Positions 53,869-64,000 of a stretch of DNA of 64,000 nt are shown piece after piece; positions within the stretch are counted from its first letter, which is position 1; every line of letters begins with the position of its first letter. The stretch is from Planctomycetota bacterium (lineage in GTDB: Bacteria > Planctomycetota > UBA1135 > UBA2386): the NCBI GenBank assembly GCA_965223545.1, contig OZ245006.1:4384001-4448000 (forward strand), given 5' to 3'. The notes beneath the pieces were generated by a model, which was not told the DNA's origin, ran no database searches, and was given only the letters and a program-made list of their open reading frames with translations. Position numbers and translations under genes: made by a program.

Positions 53869-55233
53869 TCAGTTGGTCAAGTGCGGCAGCGCGGCCGACG
53901 CGAACGTCAACGTCAGGAAGAAGCCACACATATCGGTCACGGTGGTCAGCACCGGTCCCGAGGCCAGCGCCGGGTCCAGGCCGAAGCGCCGTAGCAGCAG
54001 CGGCACGGTGCCGCCGATCGAGACCGCGACCACTGTGTTGAGCGCGAGCGCGCCGCCGACCACCAGACCCAGATACGCATTGCTCTTCCACAACCACGCG
54101 GTGAGCGCGATCAGCAGGCCGAGTGCAATCCCGTTGAGGATGCCGACGCCGACCTCCTTCAGCCAGACGCGCGCCGCGTCGGCCGGGGTGATCAAGCCGA
54201 GGCTGAGCTCGCGCATGGTGACGGCCACGGCTTGGTTGCCCGAGCAGCCGCTCATGTCGGAGATGATCGGCAAGAACACCGCCAGCGCGATGGCGGCCTG
54301 CAGCGTGTCTTGGTAGGCCGCGATGACGCTCGCCGCGATCAGGTTGAGGACTACATTGACGCTCAGCCAGGCCAACCGCCGCCGCGACCGCAGTGTGAGC
54401 GGCATGCTGCGCAGCTCCTCGCCGCGGATGATGCCCTGCGACCGCATGTGATCGCGGTCGCTGCGCTCGGCGCGGCTGTCGTCGACCGCGACCCGGTGCA
54501 CCACGCCGATCAAGCGATTGTCGGCGTCGAGGACCGGGACGCCGTAGAAGTTGTGTGCGTTGAAGAACTCGTGCAGCTCGTCGAGGCTGGACGTATCGCG
54601 CACCGCCAGGGGGTCGCGGATCATCAACGTGCCGATGCGCGTCTGCTCGGGTGAGAGCAGCAGGTCGCGCAACCGCAGCACCCCAACCAGCTGTCCTTGG
54701 CGGTTGAGGACGAAGGCGTACTGGACGTCGTAGTCGGCGTAGGTGTCCGCCTTCTCGCGCAGATCGCGAATGACGCCGCCGACGGTCTTCTGCTCGGAGT
54801 ACGCCAGGTACTCCGTCACCATCAAGCCGCCCGCGGTGTCGTCGGGGTACTCGACCAGGGCGCGCACCTGACGCGCGTCGGCGTCGGGGAGCGCGGCGAG
54901 GATCGCCTCGGCGTTCGGCTGCGCCAGGCTGCCGATCAGGTCGGCGCGACTGTCGCTCTTCAGCTCGGTGACGATGCGGGCGGCGTCGTCCGGCTCGAGG
55001 CCTTGGACCACCGTCGTGGCCTGATCGCTGGGCAGCTGCTCGACGACGTCGGCAGCGTCGTCGGGCGCCAGTTTGAGCAGGAGCTGGACTTGCTCGTCGC
55101 GGGACAGTCGCGAGACCGTGCGCAGCACGTCCTTGGCCGGCAGCCCGGTGAGGAAGGCGTCGAGGCCCGGGCGATCGTCGGCCTGGAGCAGCTCGCGGAG
55201 CTTGTCCCAGGGCTCGTGTTGAGACGCGGGCAT
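53869..55233 (-). CDS. mgtE: Magnesium transporter MgtE
   Basis: MgtE N domain, YPDDTAGGLM CBS pair, RRLAWL, P.ISDMSGCSGNQ, DPALASGPVLTTVTD. Confidence 0.95.
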   Translation of the reverse strand: MPASQHEPWDKLRELLQADDRPGLDAFLTGLPAKDVLRTVSRLSRDEQVQLLLKLAPDDAADVVEQLPSDQATTVVQGLEPDDAARIVTELKSDSRADLIGSLAQPNAEAILAALPDADARQVRALVEYPDDTAGGLMVTEYLAYSEQKTVGGVIRDLREKADTYADYDVQYAFVLNRQGQLVGVLRLRDLLLSPEQTRIGTLMIRDPLAVRDTSSLDELHEFFNAHNFYGVPVLDADNRLIGVVHRVAVDDSRAERSDRDHMRSQGIIRGEELRSMPLTLRSRRRLAWLSVNVVLNLIAASVIAAYQDTLQAAIALAVFLPIISDMSGCSGNQAVAVTMRELSLGLITPADAARVWLKEVGVGILNGIALGLLIALTAWLWKSNAYLGLVVGGALALNTVVAVSIGGTVPLLLRRFGLDPALASGPVLTTVTDMCGFFLTLTFASAALPHLTN

Positions 55234-55391
55234 GCACGCAGTGTCGCGGTGGCAGGTCGCGAATCCAGTGCCACCGGTCGTTCACCCTTCGCCCGCCGCC
55301 CCGCCGGGGTGATGGCCGCTGGGCTTTGCGGGCGGGCGACGGTTAGAATCGCCGCGGAATACGGGGAGGGTCCCTCAGCAACTCCTGACTC

Positions 55392-57716
55392 ATGCAATCC
55401 ACTGCTACCCGCCTCGTCAGCTGCGCCGTCGTGCTGGCGCTGGCCTCGTGCTCCGACCACCGCCTCGTCCGCTTCGCCGTGCCGCCGCAGGGAACCGAAG
55501 CCGAGGTCCGGTTCGAGACGCGCGCGGAGATCCGCCTCGGTTCGCCACTGTCACCGGTTGCCGATGCGGCGCTGGCGGACTTGGACGGCGATACCGCCGC
55601 CGATCTCGTGGTCACCCGGCTCAACGGCGAGGTCGAGATCTGGCGCAACCTCGGCGGGCGTGCCCTCGAGCTGGTGCAGAGCCTGGCGGCGCCGTCGTTC
55701 ACCTTCAACGCCAAGACCGGCGACGTCGATGGCGATGGCGACACCGACCTGGTCGTGCTGGGTAGCGACCAGCAGACCGTCTACGTCTTCACGAATGACG
55801 GCAACGCCAACTTCGCCCAGGGAGCGACGATCACCGTCGCGGAAGACGCCGACAGTCTCGCGCTCGGTGACTTCGCCGGACCGGTGAACCCCGGGTCGTC
55901 CGTGCCGGACCTGCCGCCGGACGGTGTGCTCGACATCGCCGTGTCCCACTTCGACAGTCCCGACTTGGATCTGTTGCTGGGCAACGGCGACGGCACGTTC
56001 ACTCCGCTCGCCAATCCGATCCAGCTGTCGGGGACGGCCGCGGGAGTCGTCTTCGCGCCTTCTCAGCCGGGTGGGCGTCTCGACCTCGTGGTCGCGGAGC
56101 AGGACACCGACCGCGTCGTGCTGATCCGCAACGAGCCGGGGCTGCCCGGTTTCGTGCTGTCGCCGTTCGATGTGGGCGACGAGCCGTTGGCAGTCGCCGT
56201 CGGTGACCTCGACAACGACGGCCGCAACGACATTGCCGTCTCCAACAACGGCAGCCGCGACATCACCGTGCTGTTCCAGGACGACCGGTTGATTCCGCAG
56301 CCGAAGTACACGGCCTACACGATCCCGGTCGGCGAGGACGTGGCCAAGATCACGGTGGGCGACGTCTCCGGCGACGGCATCGCCGACTTGGTGCTGTGCG
56401 TGTTCGCCCGCCCGTCGGTCACGGTGTTCCCCGGCCTGCCGGCGCGGCCGGCGGCCGGGCAACCGCCGCTGGGGTCCCCGTACGAGATGCCGGCGACCGG
56501 GTTGCCGTTCGACGCGGAGATCGGTGACATCGACCTGGACGGCCGGCGTGACCTGGTCGTCACCGGCAGCGGTACCGATCGCGTCAACCTCTACTTCGGC
56601 GACGACGGCCGCTTCGGCTTGGAGACGGCCTACAACTACGACACTGGCCACCCGTCGCCGGACAGCGTCGCGGCGGCCGACTGGAACGGCGATGGGCGCG
56701 ACGAGATCGTCGTCGCCGGCGCGGCGTCGAACGAGGTCGTGTTCGTCGGCGTCGATCCCAGCACGCCCGACGATCTGCGTTCGGCGCGGCCGCTGGCCAG
56801 CGTCGACGTCGGCTTCCCGGTGCGCATCGCCTGTCCGCTGGACTTCGACGCCAACGGCCTGCCGGACCTGGCGGTGTCCACCGACCGCGGACTCAAGGTG
56901 TTGATCAACGAGACCGCGCCGGGTGGGCCGCTGCAGTTCCGCCCCGAGCCGGCGGGCAGTGCCATGCTGATCGACGGCAGCAGCCCGTTCCAAGTCACCG
57001 TCGCCGATATCGATGGCGATGGTCTCGACGATCTGGTCGCCAGCGACCCGGTGTCGGAGGCCGTCCTGGTGCGGCTCGGCGGCGGGGCGCAGGCGACGAT
57101 CTCCTATCCGGTGCCAGGGTTGCCCAGCGGTTTGGCCGTCGCCGACTTCGATGGCGATGGCTTTGCCGACGTGGCGTGCGCGGCCAACCGCGCGCAAAAG
57201 ATCGTGTTCCTGCGCAACCAGGGCAACGGCGGCACGCCGGGCGTGTTGATCCCGTGGATCGAAGAGAGCGTCAACGGCACCGCGGCGACCGGCTCCGGCG
57301 TCGGGCCCAGCTACGTGCGGCAGGGCGACTTCGACGGCGATGGCCGGCCCGACCTGGTGGCGTCGGGCAACGTCTCCGACGAGCTCACGGTGTTCTTGAA
57401 TCGCGGTGGCTCGTTCGAAGTGCGCTTCCTGAGCGCCGGCGACGTACCCACCGACCTCGCCGTGCGCGACCTCGATCGCGACGGCAACTTGGACATCCTG
57501 GCGACCTCACTGCGCGCGACCTCGGTGTGCCTGCTGGTCGGCGACGGCGCGGGCGGCTTCTCGCCGGACGTCGGCTTCCCCGCCAGCTACCGGGCGACCT
57601 CGATGGCGCTCGGCGACGTCGATGGGGACGGCTGGCTCGACTTGTCGGTCGCCAGCGCGCGCACCCGCCGTTTCGCGATCTACCGCAACACCAGTTTCCC
57701 GAGGACCGGCTTGTGA
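55392..57716 (+). CDS. FG-GAP/VCBS repeat lipoprotein
   Basis: Lipobox LASC; more than 12 DxDGDGxxDL repeats. Confidence 0.88.
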   Translation: MQSTATRLVSCAVVLALASCSDHRLVRFAVPPQGTEAEVRFETRAEIRLGSPLSPVADAALADLDGDTAADLVVTRLNGEVEIWRNLGGRALELVQSLAAPSFTFNAKTGDVDGDGDTDLVVLGSDQQTVYVFTNDGNANFAQGATITVAEDADSLALGDFAGPVNPGSSVPDLPPDGVLDIAVSHFDSPDLDLLLGNGDGTFTPLANPIQLSGTAAGVVFAPSQPGGRLDLVVAEQDTDRVVLIRNEPGLPGFVLSPFDVGDEPLAVAVGDLDNDGRNDIAVSNNGSRDITVLFQDDRLIPQPKYTAYTIPVGEDVAKITVGDVSGDGIADLVLCVFARPSVTVFPGLPARPAAGQPPLGSPYEMPATGLPFDAEIGDIDLDGRRDLVVTGSGTDRVNLYFGDDGRFGLETAYNYDTGHPSPDSVAAADWNGDGRDEIVVAGAASNEVVFVGVDPSTPDDLRSARPLASVDVGFPVRIACPLDFDANGLPDLAVSTDRGLKVLINETAPGGPLQFRPEPAGSAMLIDGSSPFQVTVADIDGDGLDDLVASDPVSEAVLVRLGGGAQATISYPVPGLPSGLAVADFDGDGFADVACAANRAQKIVFLRNQGNGGTPGVLIPWIEESVNGTAATGSGVGPSYVRQGDFDGDGRPDLVASGNVSDELTVFLNRGGSFEVRFLSAGDVPTDLAVRDLDRDGNLDILATSLRATSVCLLVGDGAGGFSPDVGFPASYRATSMALGDVDGDGWLDLSVASARTRRFAIYRNTSFPRTGL

Positions 57717-58480
57717 TCTCGCGCGTCGTTGTTCTGTCGGTGGTTGGCGCCGCCGGTCTCTTCTCGTGCCAGTCGTCGACGGTGAGCGCCTCCGGGGCGC
57801 TCATGCTGTCGTCGGTCCGCGGCGACATCGGTCTGGAGTCGCCGGGAGGCAACAACCTCGCCAGCCGCAAGTTCAACCTCGACGACGCCAACCTCGAGGA
57901 CGTCGAGGTCCGGCCGACGGCGCGCGTCGATGTCGAGGCCGACCGGGTCGGCTTCGGGATCGTCGGTCTGTACCATTCCGAGGACACCAGCGGCGCGCTG
58001 CCCAATCAGTTCGGCTCCATTGGCCAGGGCACGCAGGCGACCACCGAGACCGAGTTCATCACCGCCCGCGGTTACGTGTCGTACGACGTGGTCGAAGTGG
58101 GTCCGCTGCGCTTGGCGCCGGCGTTCATGCTCGATCTCGTGCTCTACGACTATCAGGTGCGGCCACAGAGCGGGTCGATTCAGCTCGAAGAGGTCAAGCA
58201 CGAGCTGCTGGCGCCGATGCCCGGCTTGATCGCCGAGCTCGACTTCGATCAGTTCGGCGCCATCGTGGAGTTGGGCGGGATGAACGCCGACTACGGTGAC
58301 GGCGAGGGGACCATCGTCGATCTCGACGTGCGCCTGCGCGCGGCCATCAACCAACGCGCCGATCTGGTGCTGGGCTTCCGCTACATGAAGCTCGATCTGC
58401 TCGGCGTTGCCGACGCCAACCCCTACGACTCGGACCTCGACTTCTTCGGCTACTACTTCGGCGGCCGCGTCCACTTCTGA
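57713..58480 (+). CDS. Outer-membrane beta-barrel protein with lipobox-like N-terminus
   Basis: GTGA overlap; LFSC; alternating beta strands; C-terminal YFGGRVHF beta-signal. Confidence 0.75.
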   Translation: MISRVVVLSVVGAAGLFSCQSSTVSASGALMLSSVRGDIGLESPGGNNLASRKFNLDDANLEDVEVRPTARVDVEADRVGFGIVGLYHSEDTSGALPNQFGSIGQGTQATTETEFITARGYVSYDVVEVGPLRLAPAFMLDLVLYDYQVRPQSGSIQLEEVKHELLAPMPGLIAELDFDQFGAIVELGGMNADYGDGEGTIVDLDVRLRAAINQRADLVLGFRYMKLDLLGVADANPYDSDLDFFGYYFGGRVHF

Positions 58481-58481
58481 G

Positions 58482-58500
58482 CGCCAGCGTCCCGCTGGCG
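58482..58500. terminator. GC hairpin between convergent genes (no U-tract)
   Basis: CGCCAGCG-TCC-CGCTGGCG fills the gap between two stop codons. Confidence 0.4.
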
Positions 58501-61500
58501 TCAGTGCGTGGCGATCCAGTCGGTGACCGCTCGGTACTTCGGCGCCGCCGAACGCGGCTGATCGATGTACTCGAGCATGCCCCAGCTGCCGTACTCGTCC
58601 CATGTGCCGCAGAAGTGGAAGTGCGACGCGTGGCCTACCCCGGTGGCCAGCAGCATGTCGAGGTACTCGGTGTAGCGCGTGTACATGCGCGGGTCGCGGT
58701 TGACCTGATGCAGGATGCCGGTGAGCACCGCATCCCCCTCGGCGCCGTTGATGCCGACGAAGTGCTGCCCGGCCTCGTAGCAGATCAGCTCGAGGCCCTG
58801 CACATCGGCGATCGCCTTCTGCGCCAGGACATCGGCCTGCTGGGTGGCGATCGTCTGCGGCGCGACGACGTCGAGCAGGTGTGACACCGTGGGATAGGAC
58901 GGCGCCAGCGGCGGGATCGAGGCGGGAGTCAGCGTCTCGCCGAAGTACGGCGCGATGGCGAGTGCGTCGGGGAGTGCGCCGCTGGGGTTGAGGCGCGGAT
59001 CGCGCAGCGCTGCCAGCCGTTGCTCGGTGATGTCGGTGTTTGCCGACTGCGTCGCCAACACCTTGACCAGGCGCTGGCTCGCGGCGCTGCCGTACTCCTG
59101 CTCGAAGATGGCGAAGATCTCGGCCGAGCGCATGCCGGTGAACTTCTGACCGGCGTTCCAGCGCACCGGATCGAGACCGAGCAGCTGGCCTTGGTCCTGG
59201 ACGTAGGTGGTCTGTGAGAACGCCGCGCCCGGGTTCCAGGTCTCGTTGGAGTACTCGACGAAGAGCCGCTGGCGGGGGTCGAACGTGTCCCGCCACAGCC
59301 GCGCCGTCTGCCGCACGTAATCGTCGTCCGCGGCGTGCGGGATGCAGATCCACGCATCCACGCCGAGCAGGTTGCTGAGCTCGATCATCACCTCGGGGGC
59401 CACGCCTTCATCGCGTGCCTGCGTGTAGCTGTCGGTGCGGGTCCGCTGGTCCCATCGCTGCACGATGCTGCCGTTGGTGCGCATCCAGTTCATGAACCGC
59501 AGATGCGAGAACGGCGCCAGCTGCGCCAAGAACTGCGGGTGGAACCGCGCGCTCGCGTAGGTCGGCAGCATGCCGTGCTGCACCAAGCGAAAGTCGCGCA
59601 AGTGGTTGGGCGGTGGATTGGTGGCGTGGATGAAGAACGCGACGATGGCGCGCGCCGCCGTGGTGGTGAAGTCGTAGGTCCGCGCGCCGCCGGTCGGCAG
59701 CATCGTGAACGTGGCCTCGTGCTGCAGCTCGAGCGTGCCGGTGCCCTGGTAGAAGAAGCGGTATGGGCCGGCCTCGTTGGCGCGGAACACCACCGACAGC
59801 GGGATCTGCGGCAGCACACCGGGGGCCGGCACGAACGGCGCCTGGGTCGGCCATCCCTGCGCGTCGACCGGAGTCCACGGCCCCCAGCCGGTGTTGTTCG
59901 GTCCGGTACCGTTCTGGTTCTTGCTCTTCCAGGGGTGCGCGCGCTGAAAGATGTCCTGGAAGACGAACGCGCTCGACCAATCGGCGAGGGTGTCGAGGTT
60001 GGTGCCGATGCTCATCTTGGCCGCCGGCAACGGCGCAAAGGTCGCGCTCACCGCCGTGTCGCGGCGCATCGCCAAGACGCCCGGGTTGGCGCTGCCGCGC
60101 AGGGCTCCGCCGAAGCCGGCGAACCGAAAGCCCGGCGCCGGCGTCGCCTGCACGGTGACCGCCGCGTTGGCGCCGTACAGCGCCTGGGTTGGCGACGCGG
60201 TCAAGCCACCGCCGGCGCCGGCCGTCAGCGTGAGCGAGAACGCCGGCACGCCGACGGTGACCACCAGGTCGGACAACGCGACCGCGTGCCCGCCGTAGCG
60301 GGCACCGACGCAGTAGATCCGCACCTCGATCGACGAGATGCTGGCGTAGCCCGTGCGCGGCAGCACCGCGGTGAACCGATGCACGCCCATGTCGCCGTTG
60401 TCGAGGGTGGGCGAGGTCAAGACCTCGGCACCGGCGGCGTAGCCACCGACGCTGGTCATCACCACGAACGCGCGCGGCGCGTGGAAGCTGCGGCGCTGCA
60501 CGGCGAACTCGATCTGCGCCTCGCCGAGGTCGAGCGGCGGCCCACTGGCGCCGAGCGAGAACGACGCGTAGTGGTTCTGCGCCAGGGCCTCGGTCAGCGT
60601 CGAGGGATTGGAGCCGGCCGAGATCGAGAAGCCGAACGCGTTGTGGATGCCGGCGTCACCGACCGCGCCGCCACCCAGTGCGACCCCGCCGAACGACACT
60701 TGCGGCGCCAGCACTTTGGTGGCGGTCCACGGTGTGTTGGCACCGGGCGCCGTGCCGGTGAAGTCGCTGTGCACGAGCGTCACCGGCGGCGGCATGCCGA
60801 CGTGCAGGGTGAGTCCGCCCGAGGTGATCCAGCCCGCCGGGGTCGCGCCGCTGGCGGCCGCCCAGGCCTGGGCGTGGACCGCGCGGCCGAGGAGGCCCGT
60901 GTTGGTCGGGATCGGCAGGCTCCAGCGGCCGACGCCGCTGGTGTTGCCGGTGGCGAGCACGGTCAGCTCGCTGCTGTGGTAGAGCCGGCAGCCGGGCATA
61001 CCGATCAGGCCGAGGTCCAGCGGCAGCGGCAGGCCGGCAAACACCGAGCGCGACACACCGAGGCTGATCAGCGCGCCCGGCGCGGTCGCCGGAATGCCCC
61101 GCACCTCGCCGTCGAACGTCGTACCGAGGCTCGGCACGCTGCCGCCGGCCGCATCGATGGTCAACGGTTGCGCCAGCGGGCAGCCCGTGCCGTACTGCGT
61201 TGCCGCGGCGTGCGGGTGCACCGCGCCGAACCACCAGGAGTCGTCCAGCGGTCGGCCGGCGGCATCCGCGCCGCCGACGATTAGCACCGCGGCGTTGGCG
61301 GGGTCGTACGCGGCAGCCCCCGCGGCCCGCGGCGGCGGCGTCGCCAGCGACGACAGTCGGGCCCACTCGGTGCCGTCCCAGCTCCACGTGCCGCCGCCGT
61401 GGGTCGCGTCGCCGAGGAGCACCACGCGCTGCAGCAGCGGGTCGTAGGCCGCGGCGTGGCCGGTGGCGCGCGGTGGATCGCTCGGCAACGTCGGCTGCCA

Positions 61501-62184
61501 ACCGGAGCCATCCCACAGCCAGGTGTCGGCCAAGGCGCGGCCGCCGCCGTCGGTGCCGCCGTGCAGCAAGACGCGCGCCCGAGCCGCATCGTCGACGACC
61601 ACCGCGCCGTGGCGCGGTGGTGGAGCGTTGCCGGCGTGGGCGGTCCAGTCGGTTCCGTCCCAGCTCCAGGTGTCTGCCAGCGGTTGCCCGTTGTCGTCCA
61701 GCCCGCCAAAAAGAATGGAGACTCCGCGCGCGCTGTCGTGGGCGAGCCGTGCTGCACGCCGCCCCGGCGGGCTGGTGGCCGGCGTCGCCTGGCGCCACAC
61801 GGTTCCGTTCCACAGCCAGGTCTCCCGGCTGCCCACCGATCCACCGAACAGCAGGGTTTCGGAGCGAGCCGCGTCGAACGCCATGGCGTGGCCCCAGCGG
61901 GCCGCCGGGCCGCCCGCCGCACGCGGCTGCCAGGTCGCGCCATCGAAGACCCAAGTGTCACCAAGCGCGGTCCCGGTGGCGTCGCGGCCGCCGAACAGCA
62001 CCACCTGGGCACTTCCTGTGTCGGTGACCACCGCGTGGTCGCTGCGGGCCGGCGCCGGCGACCCACCGGGGGCGGGCGCCCATTGTTGGGCGCGGGTTCC
62101 GCCCGACAAGCAGACGATGGCGAGGGTCCAGATCGCGGGCGTCGACCACCCCCTCCGCCGGTTCGAATTCGACAGGCTGTGCAC
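58501..62184 (-). CDS. Secreted Kelch-repeat protein with internal shared module, InlB-B-like repeat and clan GH-A-like glycoside hydrolase domain
   Basis: LFGG...DTWxWDG repeats; PAPGFRFAGFGG B-repeat; LRFMNW...VEYSNETWN...YEAGQH; start estimated at GTG 62184. Confidence 0.85.
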   Translation of the reverse strand: MHSLSNSNRRRGWSTPAIWTLAIVCLSGGTRAQQWAPAPGGSPAPARSDHAVVTDTGSAQVVLFGGRDATGTALGDTWVFDGATWQPRAAGGPAARWGHAMAFDAARSETLLFGGSVGSRETWLWNGTVWRQATPATSPPGRRAARLAHDSARGVSILFGGLDDNGQPLADTWSWDGTDWTAHAGNAPPPRHGAVVVDDAARARVLLHGGTDGGGRALADTWLWDGSGWQPTLPSDPPRATGHAAAYDPLLQRVVLLGDATHGGGTWSWDGTEWARLSSLATPPPRAAGAAAYDPANAAVLIVGGADAAGRPLDDSWWFGAVHPHAAATQYGTGCPLAQPLTIDAAGGSVPSLGTTFDGEVRGIPATAPGALISLGVSRSVFAGLPLPLDLGLIGMPGCRLYHSSELTVLATGNTSGVGRWSLPIPTNTGLLGRAVHAQAWAAASGATPAGWITSGGLTLHVGMPPPVTLVHSDFTGTAPGANTPWTATKVLAPQVSFGGVALGGGAVGDAGIHNAFGFSISAGSNPSTLTEALAQNHYASFSLGASGPPLDLGEAQIEFAVQRRSFHAPRAFVVMTSVGGYAAGAEVLTSPTLDNGDMGVHRFTAVLPRTGYASISSIEVRIYCVGARYGGHAVALSDLVVTVGVPAFSLTLTAGAGGGLTASPTQALYGANAAVTVQATPAPGFRFAGFGGALRGSANPGVLAMRRDTAVSATFAPLPAAKMSIGTNLDTLADWSSAFVFQDIFQRAHPWKSKNQNGTGPNNTGWGPWTPVDAQGWPTQAPFVPAPGVLPQIPLSVVFRANEAGPYRFFYQGTGTLELQHEATFTMLPTGGARTYDFTTTAARAIVAFFIHATNPPPNHLRDFRLVQHGMLPTYASARFHPQFLAQLAPFSHLRFMNWMRTNGSIVQRWDQRTRTDSYTQARDEGVAPEVMIELSNLLGVDAWICIPHAADDDYVRQTARLWRDTFDPRQRLFVEYSNETWNPGAAFSQTTYVQDQGQLLGLDPVRWNAGQKFTGMRSAEIFAIFEQEYGSAASQRLVKVLATQSANTDITEQRLAALRDPRLNPSGALPDALAIAPYFGETLTPASIPPLAPSYPTVSHLLDVVAPQTIATQQADVLAQKAIADVQGLELICYEAGQHFVGINGAEGDAVLTGILHQVNRDPRMYTRYTEYLDMLLATGVGHASHFHFCGTWDEYGSWGMLEYIDQPRSAAPKYRAVTDWIATH

Positions 62185-62276
62185 GCCCCGGAGTGTAGCC
62201 AGTCGTTCGGCTCCAGCCGCGATACAGTGCTGGCCGTCACCGCCTCCGCCATTCACGCAACTCCACCGATCCCGCA

Positions 62277-64000
62277 ATGACCGTGCTCTCCCGTCTCTTG
62301 GTTCCGCTGTTGGCTGCAGGCTTGAGTGCGCAGATCGACCCTCCGGTTTTCCCCGAGGGATCGCCCGTGCCGCGTTCGCTGACCGCGGGCGAAAGCGCAT
62401 GGCTGGCGGTGAATCCTCTCGCGGTGCCGGAGAGCGTCACACCGCCGCCGACCGGCCCGCTGCACTGCGCCGCCGAGTACGAGGCGATGGCGTCGATCCT
62501 GGTCGCCTGGGAGGGGCCGAGCGCATGGCTGCAGCTGTTGGCCAACATGGGCGCCGCGATCACTACCGTCGGTACCGCCGATTTCGTCGTCGTGCTCGAC
62601 AGTGCCGGCGAGGAAAGCGGGGCGCGGTCGCGGATCGCGGCCGCCGGGGCCGACATGGCGCGCGTCCGTTTCGTGGTCGTGCCCACCGACACGATCTGGA
62701 TCCGCGACTACGGTCCACGCTACGTGTTCCAGGGCGACGTGCGCGTGATCATCGATCACACCTACAACCGCCCGCGGCCGAAGGACAACGCCTTCAATGG
62801 CGGCTTCTCCGCGCTGCGCGGCCACCAGCGCTACGAGCTCGGCCTGGTGCACGGCGGCGGCAACTTCCACCTCGATGCGCGCGGCCGTGCGCGCACGACG
62901 CGGCTGATCAACAACGAGAACCCGACGCTCTCCGAGCCCGAGATCCACGACATCTGGCAGCGCTACCAGGCGGTGGACACCCGGTTCTACCAGCCGTTTC
63001 CGCGCAGCGTCGACTCGACCCAGCACATCGACATGTGGATGCAGGTGATCGCCGACGACGCCGTCGTGATCAGCGATTGGCCGTTCAACCCGGGCTCGGT
63101 GCAGGCGCAGATCTGCGACAGCACGGCGCAGGCGATGGCGGCCGAGGGCTACACCGTCCACCGGGTGCCGGCGCGCTCGGTCGGCGGAGTGCACTACACC
63201 TACACCAACGTCGTGCTGTGCAACGGTTTGGTCCTGATCCCGTCGTACACCAACTCCACCGTCTCGCCGCACAATGCGCAGGCACTGGCGGTGTGGCGCG
63301 CGGCCATGCCGAACAAGACCGTCCGGCAGCTCAACTGCCAGTCGATCGTCACCGCCGCCGGCGTCATGCACTGCATCGTCATGCACCAGCCCGGCCACCG
63401 CGGCGGCCTCGACCCGACGGCGTACCTCATCGACCTCAACGGCGGTGAGGTCTTGCAGCCCGGCCAGCCGGTGACCGTGCGGTGGGTGAGTGACGATGAC
63501 GTGGCTGTCGTCGGCGTCGATCTCTGGCTGTCGACCGATGGCGGCGGCACGTTCGCGACCCAGGTCGCCTCCGGGCTGCCGGCCAATGGCGAGTGGCTGT
63601 GGACGGTCCCCGACCTGTGCAGCGGGCAGGCCCGGCTGCGCGTCGTGGCGTCCGACGCGACCGGCGGCGTCGGCACCGACGACAGCGATGCCGATTTCGC
63701 GATTGCCGGCACGGGTTGCGCCGCGGCGGTCGCCAACTACGGCGCCGGCACTCCGGGCACGGCAGGGGTGCCGTCGTTGACTGCGACGCCGCCACGGCTC
63801 GGTGCGAGTGTGCGCTTCGATCTCGGCAGCGCATGGCCGTCGGCGTTGGGAGTGTTGGCGGTCGGTGCCAACTCGGCGTCGGCGCCGGTGCTCGGCGGCA
63901 CGCTCCTGGTGCAGCCGGCCGCGGTGCTGGGCGTCGCCACCGGCGCTGCCGGGACCGCGGCCGTCACCGTGGCGGTTCCCGGTGTCCTGTCGCTCGCCGG
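62277..64000 (+). CDS. Secreted agmatine/peptidylarginine deiminase family protein, 3' end runs off the window
   Basis: Not in the ORF track. Manual translation from ATG 62277: signal peptide MTVLSRLLVPLLAAGLSAQ, AEYE, WIRDYGP, GGGN, HID, YTN, GVMHC, then an Ig-like domain and the shared module. Confidence 0.92.
   Translation, partial: MTVLSRLLVPLLAAGLSAQIDPPVFPEGSPVPRSLTAGESAWLAVNPLAVPESVTPPPTGPLHCAAEYEAMASILVAWEGPSAWLQLLANMGAAITTVGTADFVVVLDSAGEESGARSRIAAAGADMARVRFVVVPTDTIWIRDYGPRYVFQGDVRVIIDHTYNRPRPKDNAFNGGFSALRGHQRYELGLVHGGGNFHLDARGRARTTRLINNENPTLSEPEIHDIWQRYQAVDTRFYQPFPRSVDSTQHIDMWMQVIADDAVVISDWPFNPGSVQAQICDSTAQAMAAEGYTVHRVPARSVGGVHYTYTNVVLCNGLVLIPSYTNSTVSPHNAQALAVWRAAMPNKTVRQLNCQSIVTAAGVMHCIVMHQPGHRGGLDPTAYLIDLNGGEVLQPGQPVTVRWVSDDDVAVVGVDLWLSTDGGGTFATQVASGLPANGEWLWTVPDLCSGQARLRVVASDATGGVGTDDSDADFAIAGTGCAAAVANYGAGTPGTAGVPSLTATPPRLGASVRFDLGSAWPSALGVLAVGANSASAPVLGGTLLVQPAAVLGVATGAAGTAAVTVAVPGVLSLA

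Overview
High-GC chromosomal segment, about 50 genes plus tRNA-Val(TAC). The gene content (ECF sigma factors fused to or paired with Ser/Thr kinases, many FG-GAP/Kelch/SBBP secreted proteins) suggests a Planctomycetota bacterium; this is an inference. Housekeeping and metabolic genes: uup-like ABC-F, groES-groEL, a deoxyhypusine-synthase-like gene, kynU-kynB-ridA, an xdhC-like gene, a plsC-like gene, ugd and mgtE. Most notable observations: (1) a 202-bp, highly structured, ORF-less insertion that splits a dprA gene, flanked by a GA dinucleotide repeat and carrying internal sequences that match its own target site and right junction; (2) that dprA is paired with a shattered phosphoribosyltransferase, so the pair looks like a dead DprA-PRTase (ShosTA-like) defence module; (3) a kinase-TPR-GAF-sigma54 activator whose two flanking secreted-protein genes each have a -24/-12 promoter plus two TGTCCG-N5-CGGACA-like sites spaced 22 bp; (4) a sigma54 promoter with TGCCA-N3-TGGCA sites upstream of a response regulator-groES-groEL unit; (5) a ~100-130 aa C-terminal module shared by five otherwise unrelated secreted proteins. 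All calls were made by eye from motifs, without database searches, and several start codons are estimates.
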